From Octopus bimaculoides (Eukaryota), in NCBI RefSeq assembly GCF_001194135.2, contig NC_068982.1:35184097-35248096 (forward strand): DNA of 64,000 nucleotides, given 5' to 3'. Shown here in pieces: positions 40,578-53,134 of the stretch (positions are counted from its first letter, which is position 1; every line of letters begins with the position of its first letter). The translations under genes were made by a program, and so were the position numbers. The notes under the pieces are model-generated. The model saw only the letters and a list, made by a program, of their open reading frames with translations. It did not search any database and was not told the origin of the DNA.

Positions 40578-40897
40578 CTGGCATTCCGTCGGTTACGACG
40601 ACAAGTGTTCCAGATGATCTGATCAACTGAAAAGCCTGCTCGTTAAATTAACGTGTAACTGAATGAGTACACTACAAAAACGCGTACCCTTAACGTAGTT
40701 CTCAGGGAGCTTCAGGAGGACACAGAATGTGGTAAGGCTGACCCTTTGAATTACAGGTACAGCTCGTTTTTACCAGCTGAGTAGATTGGAGCAGCGTGAA
40801 ATAAATGTATCCTTGATACAACGCGCCGCAGTGAATCGAACTGACGATCTTACATTCGGCAGCCGAATACCCTAACCACTAAGCTATGTGCCATCAC
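40578..40897 (-). mobile_element. SINE family C (internally shortened)
   Basis: GCGTACCCTTAACGTAGTTCTC and CCCTAACCACT shared with 23005-23387. Confidence 0.8.
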
Positions 40898-41584
40898 AGT
40901 ATTTGTACTACAAATGAAGGAAAACGGCCATAATTTCAGATGAAAACAATATTACTGATTTTCAGTCGGGCAGTGTAAGTAACATAATGCAACTTTGGTA
41001 AAAGTATAGATTTCGCATCCAAAACTACATATATTTTTTGGTTGCATAGTATTAAATTTATTCTAAAGTTCTTAAATTGTCGCAAATATATCTATAGAAA
41101 CGATTTTACATTTTTAATTTTTATTGTATATTTCTAATTACATTTTCACAATAAATATAATTACATTTACTCGCACATTTGATAGGGGGAAAAGGAATTT
41201 ATTTAATTCAACTGTATTAGATTACATTTAATTTAACGCAGCCTTCAGATATAAGTCGTAAAAAATCAAAACCAAATCGTGTCCCTACTCGATAACATTA
41301 ATTATTTCGGCTTCAGTAAACTAGGGTGTCGTATGTATAGTTAAGAACAGATTATAACAACCTATGTCCAAAAATATCACCCACTCTCTAAATCAATTGG
41401 AAGAGATACGTCAGTATTTTTACTAGAAAATTATATAGCGTTGTTAAGTTTTGCCTCGGTTTTAATTCTCGCGATAGATTATTGACCTGACGTCATGGTT
41501 TTTAATACGTCACTGATGTAAGCGGTTTTGTTTATGCCGTTAGTTTGACCTTCTTACGTGTTTCTACGTCTTTTACCTTATCTT

Positions 41585-41830
41585 ATGTTTGTTTCAGTCA
41601 TTGGAGTGCACCTTGAAGTGTTCAGTCGAAAAAAAAATCGTTCCACACCCCCACCCCGCGTCACCCCCATCAGTACTCATTTTATTCTTCAAGTCTGGTA
41701 CTTATTCTACTGGTTGCTTTTGCCCAAACGGTCAATTACGGGGACGTAAACAAAGCAATACCTGTTGTCAAACGGTGGCGGCGCAAACGTAAAGACATGC
41801 GCACACAAACACACACACACACACACAAAT
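41585..41830 (-). mobile_element. SINE family B 3' half
   Basis: TTGTTTCAGTCATT..GGAGTGCACC...ACGGGGACGTAAAC; the 5' half is presumably in the gap. Confidence 0.75.
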
Positions 41831-42375
41831 ACACACACACATACATACACACACACGCGCGATCGCATATGTATATATATATATATATATATATNNNNNN
41901 NNNNNNNNNNNNNNNNNNNNNNNNNNNNNNNNNNNNNNNNNNNNNNNNNNNNNNNNNNNNNNNNNNNNNNNNNNNNNNNNNNNNNNNNNNNNNNNNNNNN
42001 NNNNNNNNNNNNNNNNNNNNNNNNNNNNNNNNNNNNNNNNNNNNNNNNNNNNNNNNNNNNNNNNNNNNNNNNNNNNNNNNNNNNNNNNNNNNNNNNNNNN
42101 NNNNNNNNNNNNNNNNNNNNNNNNNNNNNNNNNNNNNNNNNNNNNNNNNNNNNNNNNNNNNNNNNNNNNNNNNNNNNNNNNNNNNNNNNNNNNNNNNNNN
42201 NNNNNNNNNNNNNNNNNNNNNNNNNNNNNNNNNNNNNNNNNNNNNNNNNNNNNNNNNNNNNNNNNNNNNNNNNNNNNNNNNNNNNNNNNNNNNNNNNNNN
42301 NNNNNNNNNNNNNNNNNNNNNNNNNNNNNNNNNNNNNNNNNNNNNNNNATATATATATATATGTATATATATATA

Positions 42376-42700
42376 GCTGTGACTGTGTGGTAAGAAGATT
42401 GCTTCCCAACCATATGGTTCCGGGATCAATTCCACTGCGTAGCACTTTGGGCAAGTGCCTTCTATAGCTTCGGGCTGACCAAAGCCTTGTGAGTGGATTT
42501 GGTAAACGGAAACTGAAAGAAGCCCGTCGTATATGTGGACATATCTATGTGTGCGTGTTCGGCTTTATGTTATGAGTTTAAATTCAGCCGACTTTGCTTT
42601 CACCATTTCGGGGTCGATAAAATAAACATCAGTTCAGAACTGAGATCGATGTAATCGTCTGGCCTCTCTCACAGAATTTCAGGCCCTTATACCTATAGTG
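42376..42700 (+). mobile_element. SINE family B 5' half (42376-42535) followed by SINE family A 3' part (42570-42700)
   Basis: GCTGTGTGGTAAG...CTGAAAGAAGCCCGTCG, then GAGTTTAAATTCAGCCGACTTTGC...TTTCGGGGTCGATAAA. Confidence 0.8.
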
Positions 42701-43796
42701 GAATGGAGTATTTACGTGTTTGAAAATGATTATGGAGAATCAGAGCGTCAGATAAATTGCCTAGTGATATTTATTCTGGCTCCTGAAGATCTACGACCTG
42801 GTACTGTTCTTTCCCCTGATGACTGGAGACCCCTGATATACATTACGAATATTTCAGAATTTCGTGTGAAAAAAATCACGATGGGATCGGATAATTCACA
42901 GACTTTGACTGTTTCCTCTTACGTTTTAATGAGCTGTGTGAGTTATCCGCTCCTCCTTCCTTTTATGCCGTATTCCGATGTAATCGTATTCTACACCATC
43001 TAAAATGCTTTTACTGAAAATTTGATTTACAAATATCTCTTTTTCAGAAAGCTATGAGGAAACAAAGTCGGAGTGGGGGACACATCGATATTTATGCCCA
43101 TATTTCTTCCATTAATTCCTAATCCATTAAAAATGAATAAAATAAGATTATAAAATTCGCTAGCATTTGAGCCTTGTAAAAGTCAGGTACATAGTAAAGT
43201 ACTTACCGCGACGATCAACAAGACTCCATTAGTTTCATATATCCCCTTATTCTCTTTTACCTTATTCACACTTCTAGTCCAGTTTCGTTAGTTCTGCTTC
43301 AGTACAGACGTCAGTTAATATTTGTTCCTTCAACAGAAGCTAACTATTAAAGATGTTATTTTCTGTGCTAGTAAATACGCGACCTGAGTGCACTTGGAGA
43401 TTCATTTAGTCGGTATTTTCCTAAGTATAATTCCACAAGATTTTTATTGTTGATTTTTACGTATATTTCTCGCTATAAAATTATAAATTATACACTTTTT
43501 ATCATTTTTTCTTTTTTCTTTCTTTCTTTTTGGTTTGCTCTCAGTTGTCCTCTATAAAAACCTACCATTATACCAAATAAACATTATCGATCGAACCCTA
43601 TGTGGTCGGTATCGGAATTCGATAAGAAAATATAGTACGCTTAATGAACTTATGCTACAGTCCGGTCATCGGCAAAACAGAACCTTTTATTATAAATGAA
43701 AAAAGCACCTTTTGCTTTGAAAGATACTTAAATATGCGTGCGTCCTCATACATACATGCATGCACACATACATACATACATACTTACATATGTATG

Positions 43797-43827
<31 letters not shown>

Positions 43828-44992
43828 GCGTGTATGTGTACAGAAATGTGAAGGCAATCGATGTGCGCATCAGCGTGTTTGGGCGTGTAAGATTATAAAC
43901 ACATGCACATTATATATGCACACAAATACGCAAAAGCTTATATGCGCATACAGGTGTGTTTTGTGTGTGTGTATNNNNNNNNNNNNNNNNNNNNNNNNNN
44001 NNNNNNNNNNNNNNNNNNNNNNNNNNNNNNNNNNNNNNNNNNNNNNNNNNNNNNNNNNNNNNNNNNNNNNNNNNNNNNNNNNNNNNNNNNNNNNNNNNNN
44101 NNNNNNNNNNNNNNNNNNNNNNNNNNNNNNNNNNNNNNNNNNNNNNNNNNNNNNNNNNNNNNNNNNNNNNNNNNNNNNNNNNNNNNNNNNNNNNNNNNNN
44201 NNNNNNNNNNNNNNNNNNNNNNNNNNNNNNNNNNNNNNNNNNNNNNNNNNNNNNNNNNNNNNNNNNNNNNNNNNNNNNNNNNNNNNNNNNNNNNNNNNNN
44301 NNNNNNNNNNNNNNNNNNNNNNNNNNNNNNNNNNNNNNNNNNNNNNNNNNNNNNNNNNNNNNNNNNNNNNNNNNNNNNNNNNNNNNNNNNNNNNNNNNNN
44401 NNNNNNNNNNNNNNNNNNNNNNNNNNNNNNNNNNNNNNNNNNNNNNNNNNNNNNNNNNNNNNNNNNNNNNNNNNNNNNNNNNNNNNNNNNNNNNNNNNNN
44501 NNNNNNNNNNNNNNNNNNNNNNNNNNNNNNNNNNNNNNNNNNNNNNNNNNNNNNNNNNNNNNNNNNNNNNNNNNNNNNNNNNNNNNNNNNNNNNNNNNNN
44601 NNNNNNNNNNNNNNNNNNNNNNNNNNNNNNNNNNNNNNNNNNNNNNNNNNNNNNNNNNNNNNNNNNNNNNNNNNNNNNNNNNNNNNNNNNNNNNNNNNNN
44701 NNNNNNNNNNNNNNNNNNNNNNNNNNNNNNNNNNNNNNNNNNNNNNNNNNNNNNNNNNNNNNNNNNNNNNNNNNNNNNNNNNNNNNNNNNNNNNNNNNNN
44801 NNNNNNNNNNNNNNNNNNNNNNNNNNNNNNNNNNNNNNNNNNNNNNNNNNNNNNNNNNNNNNNNNNNNNNNNNNNNNNNNNNNNNNNNNNNNNNNNNNNN
44901 NNNNNNNNNNNNNNNNNNNNNNNNNNNNNNNNNNNNNNNNNNNNNNNNNNNNNNNATATAGGCTGTGTATAATATAGAACATTTATAAATAG

Positions 44993-45040
44993 GTCTTACA
45001 GCTGTTTCGAGGATCTTTATTATATCCCTTCATCGGAGAC
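44993..45040 (-). ncRNA. Minimal type I hammerhead motif (U4C core)
   Basis: Minus: GTCT-CCGATGA-A GGGAT ataataaag ATCCT C-GAA-ACAGCTGT-A-AGAC; stem I GTCT/AGAC, palindromic stem III, GUA site. Confidence 0.7.
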
Positions 45041-45388
45041 GGTCTGAGATGATGGTTAAGCAATAGTTAGTTTAGATAAGATAGGAAATAGAGAGTGAAT
45101 GTAGGGAATATTGTATTTGTAAATCAGTTGTTTAGGCAGAATGGTATACATATAAGATTCCAATACCTTGTGAGTAAAATCCAATAGTCTTTAAGATTGG
45201 TCATTGCATATGTAAATCCTTATATTCACACGCTGATATATGACCTACGTTGGACCCCTTATTCGCATAATACCCGAACCTTGAGCTTAACTATGGGCTA
45301 TCCATAGCACTTACTCAGCATTACCTGAAACCTCTGGGTCTAATTGACACCACTACCGCTCATAACCTCTATATATATACATATATAT

Positions 45389-45785
45389 GAGAGCGATAGC
45401 ACTATTAAAAATACCATCGCTAGTGGCAGCGAATGCAAGCCGTGCAGGCAAATTAATAATATATATATATAAGATATATATATATATATATATTATACGA
45501 AATTATACGAAATGTATAAATAAATGATGAGTAAAGCACCGGCATAGTATCGATTACCTCTTGTTATCTGTAGATTTATTGCAGGAACTTCGTAGTGGCG
45601 GTTGGGGTAACAGTATTAATAAAATAGATGGAATTAGTAAAATATTTTATTAGGTACGACATATATTTCGACCCGTTCTGGGTCTCTTCGGGTACATCAA
45701 TAAAAAAAGTATTACTAGAAATTTTCTGATTCGGCTTTACGTACTGCTATATGTGCGTCAACTTCTATTTTTGATAGTACTATCG

Positions 45786-45790
<5 letters not shown>
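45389..45790. mobile_element. 402-bp element with 25-bp terminal inverted repeats in (TA)n, containing an HHR
   Basis: GAGAGCGATAGCACTATTAAAAATA (45389-45413) versus the reverse complement of 45766-45790, GAGAGCGATAGTACTATCAAAAATA (23/25 identical); TA runs on both sides. Confidence 0.65.
45654..45695 (-). ncRNA. Minimal type I hammerhead motif (U4C core)
   Basis: Minus: GTAC-CCGAAGA-GACCC agaac GGGTC-GAA-ATATATGT-C-GTAC; 5-bp stem II, GUC site, near-palindromic stem III. Confidence 0.7.
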
Positions 45791-45837
<47 letters not shown>

Positions 45838-46452
45838 NNNNNNNNNNNNNNNNNNNNNNNNNNNNNNNNNNNNNNNNNNNNNNNNNNNNNNNNNNNNNNN
45901 NNNNNNNNNNNNNNNNNNNNNNNNNNNNNNNNNNNNNNNNNNNNNNNNNNNNNNNNNNNNNNNNNNNNNNNNNNNNNNNNNNNNNNNNNNNNNNNNNNNN
46001 NNNNNNNNNNNNNNNNNNNNNNNNNNNNNNNNNNNNNNNNNNNNNNNNNNNNNNNNNNNNNNNNNNNNNNNNNNNNNNNNNNNNNNNNNNNNNNNNNNNN
46101 NNNNNNNNNNNNNNNNNNNNNNNNNNNNNNNNNNNNNNNNNNNNNNNNNNNNNNNNNNNNNNNNNNNNNNNNNNNNNNNNNNNNNNNNNNNNNNNNNNNN
46201 NNNNNNNNNNNNNNNNNNNNNNNNNNNNNNNNNNNNNNNNNNNNNNNNNNNNNNNNNNNNNNNNNNNNNNNNNNNNNNNNNNNNNNNNNNNNNNNNNNNN
46301 NNNNNNNNNNNNNNNNNNNNNNNNNNNNNNNNNNNNNNNNNNNNNNNNNNNNNNNNNNNNNNNNNNNNNNNNNNNNNNNNNNNNNNNNNNNNNNNNNNNN
46401 NNNNNNNNNNNNNNNNNNNNNNNNNNNNNNNNNNNNNNNNNNNNNNNNNNNN

Positions 46453-46524
<72 letters not shown>

Positions 46525-47324
46525 GTGCGCGCGCGAGTGTGTGTGGCCATGTGTCTGAGTCATTATCCAAATTGCTCTTTCTTTTTAAAAGAATTTGGGC
46601 TGTTGTTTTTAGCAGATCAAGAAAATATGTATATAATCCCTCATTGGTTCGACATTAAAGATATTTGTAGGAGAATGAGTTGTAAATGAATAGCACTCAA
46701 GATGACGTTTTGAATGATAACTCACAAGACTAAAACGTGTTTTGAGAGGAAAACGTAAATCAACTAAATGGTGACCTTGATTTCATAGATCGATATAGCT
46801 GAACTGAAAACAAATCAACTTCTTTATTTTATTTATTTTCCTTCTCTGTTTTTAAGTTAAATCTTCTCTGCAGAGATATGTTTGTTTATTCGTTTATTTA
46901 TTTCATTTATTTATTTGTTTAATACTATTATGGAATAACAGGTAATAAAAAATAGAATTGAGGAAACCCGTTGGAAATGCGAGCCAGAAATATTTTATTT
47001 TAGTTTATAAAGAGACATTGTGACGGATAAACAACGCCAGCGCAATGGTAGTAAACCAGATACCTCTATACCAAGTAGAAAAAAAAAAAGCATTAAACGA
47101 AAAACAATAACAAAAACAACATGAAAATAACATCAGTTGAAATTTTAACGGATCAGTTTTAGCGGAATGATTCAAGCTTCTTATTGATATTTGATTTCCC
47201 TCCCATCCATGAAAACACACGAAAATATGCTACTTAATTTTCTAAATCAAACACGTATGTGCTAACATTCACCTAAATTTCAATGACAGAAACAAAAGCA
47301 CCAAATTTTTTTTTTAGGTTTATA

Positions 47325-47376
<52 letters not shown>

Positions 47377-47754
47377 CATGTATGTATGTGTATATATTTA
47401 ATAAAGAGAAGATAAAATAAACAAATGAATATAGAAATTTGTGTTTGGAAACACTGGTTTCTATAAATAAATGCAACGAGTAAAACGAAAATATGGCATA
47501 TGTGTTTATACAATGTCTAGTGAGACAAACTAGATCAATGTTACTTCTCGCGTCAACGACGAAGGCCGTACGTAATTGCTCAACTTGCTAACATGCTGAA
47601 AACGGCAACTTTATCTTCCTCAGTTTACACATTACTTTCTCGAAAGAAATAACACATTATAGGCTGAGAAATTTTCATTAATTGTGGGGTTAATTTTTTT
47701 CATTAAAGTTAAGAAGCGATCGACGACAGCTTACTGTAATTGTTAGTTATACAA

Positions 47755-47927
47755 ATTTTGATTTTGGTACAAGACGAGCAAAATTCAACAATACTTATTT
47801 TATCGACCTCAAAAGGATGAAAGGCAAAGATGACCTTGGCGGAATTTGAGCACAAAACGTAAAGACGTGCAAAATGCCGTTAAGCATTTTGTCCGGCATG
47901 CTAATGACTCTGCCAGCTCGCTGCCTT
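47755..47927 (-). mobile_element. SINE family A
   Basis: AAAAGGATGAAAGGCAAAGATGACCTTGGCGGAATTTGAG...CTGCCAGCTCGCTGCC. Confidence 0.85.
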
Positions 47928-49014
47928 TAGTAACACTGGTTATATTATATAAAAAGTCAGAATATAAAACTGTGGATAAAAACCAGAGAATTGTGACAGA
48001 AGTGTTTTACGAAAATGCTTACTGTAGAATAGAAGACATGATGGCTTGGATCTGTAGTCTTTGAATCAGTTTTCTCCTTTCTCGTTTTGAAGATGGTTTT
48101 GTATGTATGTATGTATGTATGTATGTATGTATGTATGTATGTGTGTGTGTGTGTAAATATGTCATATGGATGTAAATGTATGTCATTATTCACTTTTATT
48201 TTAAGATATCTTGCTAATAGGAAAGAGTCTGTTTCTAACCTAGATCCAAGTCTCCCACATTGGAATTTCAACATCAACAACAGGGTATTTCTGTGTCTGT
48301 GTGTATGTAAGTATATGTGCAGATTTGTATGCTTTGTTTTATGTATATATTTTCATGCATATAGTTGCATGTCTAGACATGCTCATATGTACTTAAATGA
48401 TAAACTTCTGGAAAGTTTTGCGATTTTTACAGTTCCAGCGATGGCTTGGATCTAGTCTTCGAATCAACTTTCTCCTTCCTGATTTTGAAGATGGTTTTGC
48501 ATGTATGTATACACGTACGTACGCACGTATTTATTGTGTTCTGAGTTGTTCTATCAGGTTGTGTGTGTATGTGTGTGTGTGTGTGTACGCGTCCACCCGT
48601 ACCTGCACGCATGTGTGTGTGTGTTGTGCGTAGAAGCGTATATTTATATAGTAATACGACCATGTATGCATCGTAGTCGGCTTAGTATAGGCTCAGGGAA
48701 ATTGTTCGAGCTTCCATTGAGTGAGAGAGTGTAGAGAGAGTGAGAAAGAGTAGACGTCTAGAAAGGAAATATGTGTTTGGTTATTGCATTTAATATCGAA
48801 TTCATCGAAATTTGCTATTATTAACTTTTCCTAAATCTAACCGATAGATCAATAACAGAACTTGGACGCCCAAATTTTCAAGTGTCTTAAACACATTCAT
48901 TACCAAAGATTTATTATTTCTGGCTCTCTAGCTTAGCATTTAATGAATCTATTATTTACCTACTAATCTATTCAAATTATATCATTATATGCATATATAA
49001 ATATAGATTGATTT

Positions 49015-49160
49015 CTAACGTTGGCGCAACGCCCCGTCTTTGGCGAGAGGACAGAACCGATTTAATCGACCAGTGAATGGTATATATTCTTATTTTACTG
49101 TATCGACCTAGAAAGGATGAAATGAAAAGCGGGGGTTTTCGGTATTCGAACTCAGAACAT
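49015..49160 (-). mobile_element. SINE family A 3' part
   Basis: GAAAGGATGAAA...CGAACTCAGAAC. Confidence 0.65.
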
Positions 49161-49504
49161 AACTGTACACAGCAACATACATACATACATACATATATAT
49201 ACATAATTATACATATACATGTATGTATGTATGTATGTATGTATGTATGTATGTATGTATGAATGTATGAATGTGTATGTATGAATATCTATCTATTATC
49301 TATCTATCTATCTACCTATATATATANNNNNNNNNNNNNNNNNNNNNNNNNNNNNNNNNNNNNNNNNNNNNNNNNNNNNNNNNNNNNNNNNNNNNNNNNN
49401 NNNNNNNNNNNNNNNNNNNNNNNNNNNNNNNNNNNNNNNNNNNNNNNNNNNNNNNNNNNNNNNNNNNNNNNNNNNNNNNNNNNNNNNNNNNNNNNNTATA
49501 TATA

Positions 49505-49700
49505 TATATATTACTTGTTCCAATCGTTGGATTGTGGCCGTGCTGGAGTGACACCTTCAATGTTTCCGTCAAGCACATTGACCCGAGTATTTATTCTGAT
49601 ACATATTATACTGGTCTCTTATGCTAAACCACCAAGTTATGTGGACGTAAACAAACCGAAACCGTTTGTCAAGCAACGTGGAAGGACAAACACAAAGACA
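49505..49700 (-). mobile_element. SINE family B 3' half
   Basis: TTACTTGTTCCAATCG..TGTGGCCGTGCTGGAG...GGACGTAAAC...GGACAAACACA. Confidence 0.7.
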
Positions 49701-49919
49701 CAAACATACACATGTATATAATGTATATATGTGTGTGTATGTATATATATATATATATATAATGTAATGTAGATATGTTTGTGTATATATATGTATGCAT
49801 ATTTGCATATATCTTTGTATTATCATCCTACTGATTGACAACCAATGTTTCCTTTAACTTAGTAGTTCAGTAAAAGACCGATAGAGTACCAAGCATTAAA
49901 AACAATTATGCACTAGGAA

Positions 49920-50230
49920 GGAAAAGAGCGACCAATTTTTCAATCTTGTATTTTGTTTGATGACTGTTCATGTGAATGTTTCCATAAATTTTTCACGGGA
50001 CTGAAATCCGAGGATTGTGATTAGCCACTTCAGTACTCAAAATTTCTTACTCTAGAGAAATCCCTGAATATTCTGTGCGGTCACTTACAGAAACATACGC
50101 GACGATTTTTGCCATACGGAAGTATAGTTTTCTCCAAAATCTTTAGATTGGCTCTACATGATGCTCTTGATGTAACATATGGAACCGACCATTTTTTCCA
50201 GACTTGCAGGCGCAAACCATATCAATGGCA
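49920..50230 (-). mobile_element. Tc1-type transposase C-terminal relic
   Basis: Minus IQGFL*SKKF*VLKW and SSDFSPVKNLW correspond to Tc1 WPxQSPDLNPIENLW. Confidence 0.6.
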
Positions 50231-50399
50231 TAAGATCAGCTAGAATAGAAAATTTTCATTGATGCTGATCACGTCATAGTGAGCAGAAGTTACTGAGCAA
50301 CTCACATCAATAGCTATGTTTGTACTGTACATCAGTCCACCCCAACAACTTCCATTAGATTGACATTGCCTGCACAGATGCACGTTTTGCCACACGTCA

Positions 50400-50530
50400 G
50401 ATGTTGATGTGATTGCAGACCAGTGTGAAATGAAGTATTTTGCTAAAAGACACAACGCACCACACAGTCCGAGAATCGAAACTACGCTTCTGCAATAATG
50501 AATGCAGTACCCTAACCACTGGGCACGCCC
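50400..50530 (-). mobile_element. SINE head fragment (family C/D type)
   Basis: GTCCGAGAATCGAAAC...CCCTAACCACTGGGC is a reverse-strand box B/box A head. Confidence 0.65.
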
Positions 50531-51032
50531 TCAATATATACCATTCGAGAATTATTGATCTCGTCTCTTATGATAAGGTCTTATATTTACCTATTATGAA
50601 GGATCTTAGGATGATTTATTCAAATAACTATACCGCAGTTTAACTTACTTAGGTAGAGAATAATTAACAGGGACAAGCATGGCTTTCTGGTTAACAGGCT
50701 CACTTTGCAACCAAGTGGTTTGGGATTCAGTTCTACTGGAAGCCACCAGAAGAAAATGCTTTCTAATTAGTACCAGGATGGCTAATGTATTGTTAGTGAA
50801 TTTAACAGACTGGAACTACTTGAAAGTCCAACGTATATGCATATGTATATGTGTATGTTTATGCATGTTCCCTCAAGCGCTTGGCAACCGGTATTGGTTT
50901 TTAACAACGCTATAAATATGCCTATGTGCATGTTTTTGTGTGTGGATATACGTGTGCATGGGAGACATACGTATATTTGTGCATGTTCCTACATAAGTTT
51001 AAAATTGTATATACGTTATACACATATGTATG

Positions 51033-51077
<45 letters not shown>

Positions 51078-51245
51078 TGAGAGATAGATAGATAGACAGA
51101 CAGACAGGCAGATAGACAGATAAAAAAAGATAGGTACATATTCGCACACGTCCATGTGTGAGTGAATAACAGCACAGACTTCTTGTGTGTGTGCAGGTAT
51201 TTGTATGTGAATATGCGTGCGCGTGTGAACGCAGGCGTGTATTTA

Positions 51246-51296
<51 letters not shown>

Positions 51297-52133
51297 TGTG
51301 TCTGTGTCTGTGTCTGTGTGTGCGTGTGTGTGTGCGTACCATTTTCGGCGTTTTATACGCGTTAGTGTTCACACACGTGCTGCGTTTTCCTTTTCTGGGT
51401 TTTTTTTTTTCCTTCTTTGATTTCGTCGAGTGATGCTTAGATATAAAAAAAAGTACAGATAGTCTCAGAGAGGTACTTCTGCATTAGCTTATCATAGGCA
51501 ATAGAGCCCTATAATTAATTCTCGGAGAGTTAATAGGAATATATATATATATGTCTAGGACTGTATTTACCTGAGCGCTTAAATAGACATCAGCGTGACA
51601 AATTCAGATTAAACAATTGGCCCTAGCGTCACGTGAGTGAGGTAAATTACAATGTGCTCGCCTGCATTTATAGTTGAGGAATGTGAAGGTGATATTTTAT
51701 TGGTCACAAGCTTCAGAGGCATTTATGAATAAATATAGTTGAACATACTTATGAATGCCTCAAGGATCATTTATAACGGACGAACAACATGAAAAAAGAG
51801 AGGAGAGAGAAAAGGAGAAGGTAACTAACTAAACGAACCAACTGAGAAAATGTTAGCGCGCTATTCGTTTAGTACAGTCATATATGCATACATTAAGCTT
51901 GTAATCACAGGCGCGTGCGTAAACACACAGACACATGCACACACACATATACACACATACGCGCGCACACACACACTCATATGTGTGTCTTTGTGTATGT
52001 GTGTGTGTGTCTGTGTACGTGCGTGCGTGCGCTTATATANNNNNNNNNNATATATATATACACACACACATACACCTAATCAGAATTTAGGTTAGTTGAA
52101 ATATGTGTCACATATTTCAACACACACACACAT

Positions 52134-52180
<47 letters not shown>

Positions 52181-52344
52181 TAGAGAGATAAACACACACA
52201 CAAACACAGATATATTATATGTGTGTGTATGTGTGTGTGTAATTGATGAAGGAAACAGAAGACGGATTTTGTACGAATGTTTATTCAGCGTGCTTTAATC
52301 GACATACTAATAGACATATACCCAAAGTTGAAATAGTTACATAC

Positions 52345-52377
<33 letters not shown>

Positions 52378-52402
52378 TATGTTCGGTAATCGGTGTGCCT
52401 TC

Positions 52403-52441
52403 AAAGCAGTGATTAGTAATTTTACGAAACCGGTATGCTTT
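52403..52441 (+). ncRNA. Degenerate or variant type I hammerhead motif (G3/U8 core)
   Basis: AAAGCA-GTGATTA-GTA attt TAC-GAA-ACCGGT-A-TGCTTT: 6-bp stem I, palindromic stem III, GUA site. Confidence 0.5.
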
Positions 52442-52639
52442 TGAATCTCTTTAACAATTCACAATAATGAATTTTATTAATTTTATTCGTACCTCAGTTC
52501 ATCTAATTGTATATATTTATCGTTACTTTTAAAAAAAAAGCCTTTACTCTGTTTGATTTCCAATGTGCATTTTTGCTTATTTTTCTTCTTACTTTCCCCC
52601 TATATATATATTGACCGTTGACCGAACACTATTCAATTT

Positions 52640-52803
52640 TTTTCTCCGTGTTTTTCTCCTTGTCTCCGTATTCTTTCTGTTGAAGAGCGTAGCTCGAAAC
52701 GTTAAAGACTTTCCGTATTCCCGAGCGTCATACTAATACATCCTTTTGTTGTTTACACCACCTGTCCTCGTCTGTTGTTGTTTTTTCGTACATTCTCCCA
52801 TAT
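52640..52803 (+). mobile_element. Short Penelope-like terminal element ending in TA
   Basis: Homologous to 5895-6040. Confidence 0.65.
52672..52708 (+). ncRNA. Minimal type I hammerhead motif (A6U core variant)
   Basis: TCTTT-CTGTTGA-A-GAGC gta GCTC-GAA-AC/GT-T-AAAGA. Confidence 0.65.
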
Positions 52804-53134
52804 ANNNNNNNNNNNNNNNNNNNNNNNNNNNNNNNNNNNNNNNNNNNNNNNNNNNNNNNNNNNNNNNNNNNNNNNNNNNNNNNNNNNNNNNNNNNNNNNN
52901 NNNNNNNNNNNNNNNNNNNNNNNNNNNNNNNNNNNNNNNNNNNNNNNNNNNNNNNNNNNNNNNNNNNNNNNNNNNNNNNNNNNNNNNNNNNNNNNNNNNN
53001 NNNNNNNNNNNNNNNNNNNNNNNNNNNNNNNNNNNNNNNNNNNNNNNNNNNNNNNNNNNNNNNNNNNNNNNNNNNNNNNNNNNNNNNNNTATATATATAT
53101 ATACATAGATATATATATATATATATACATATAC

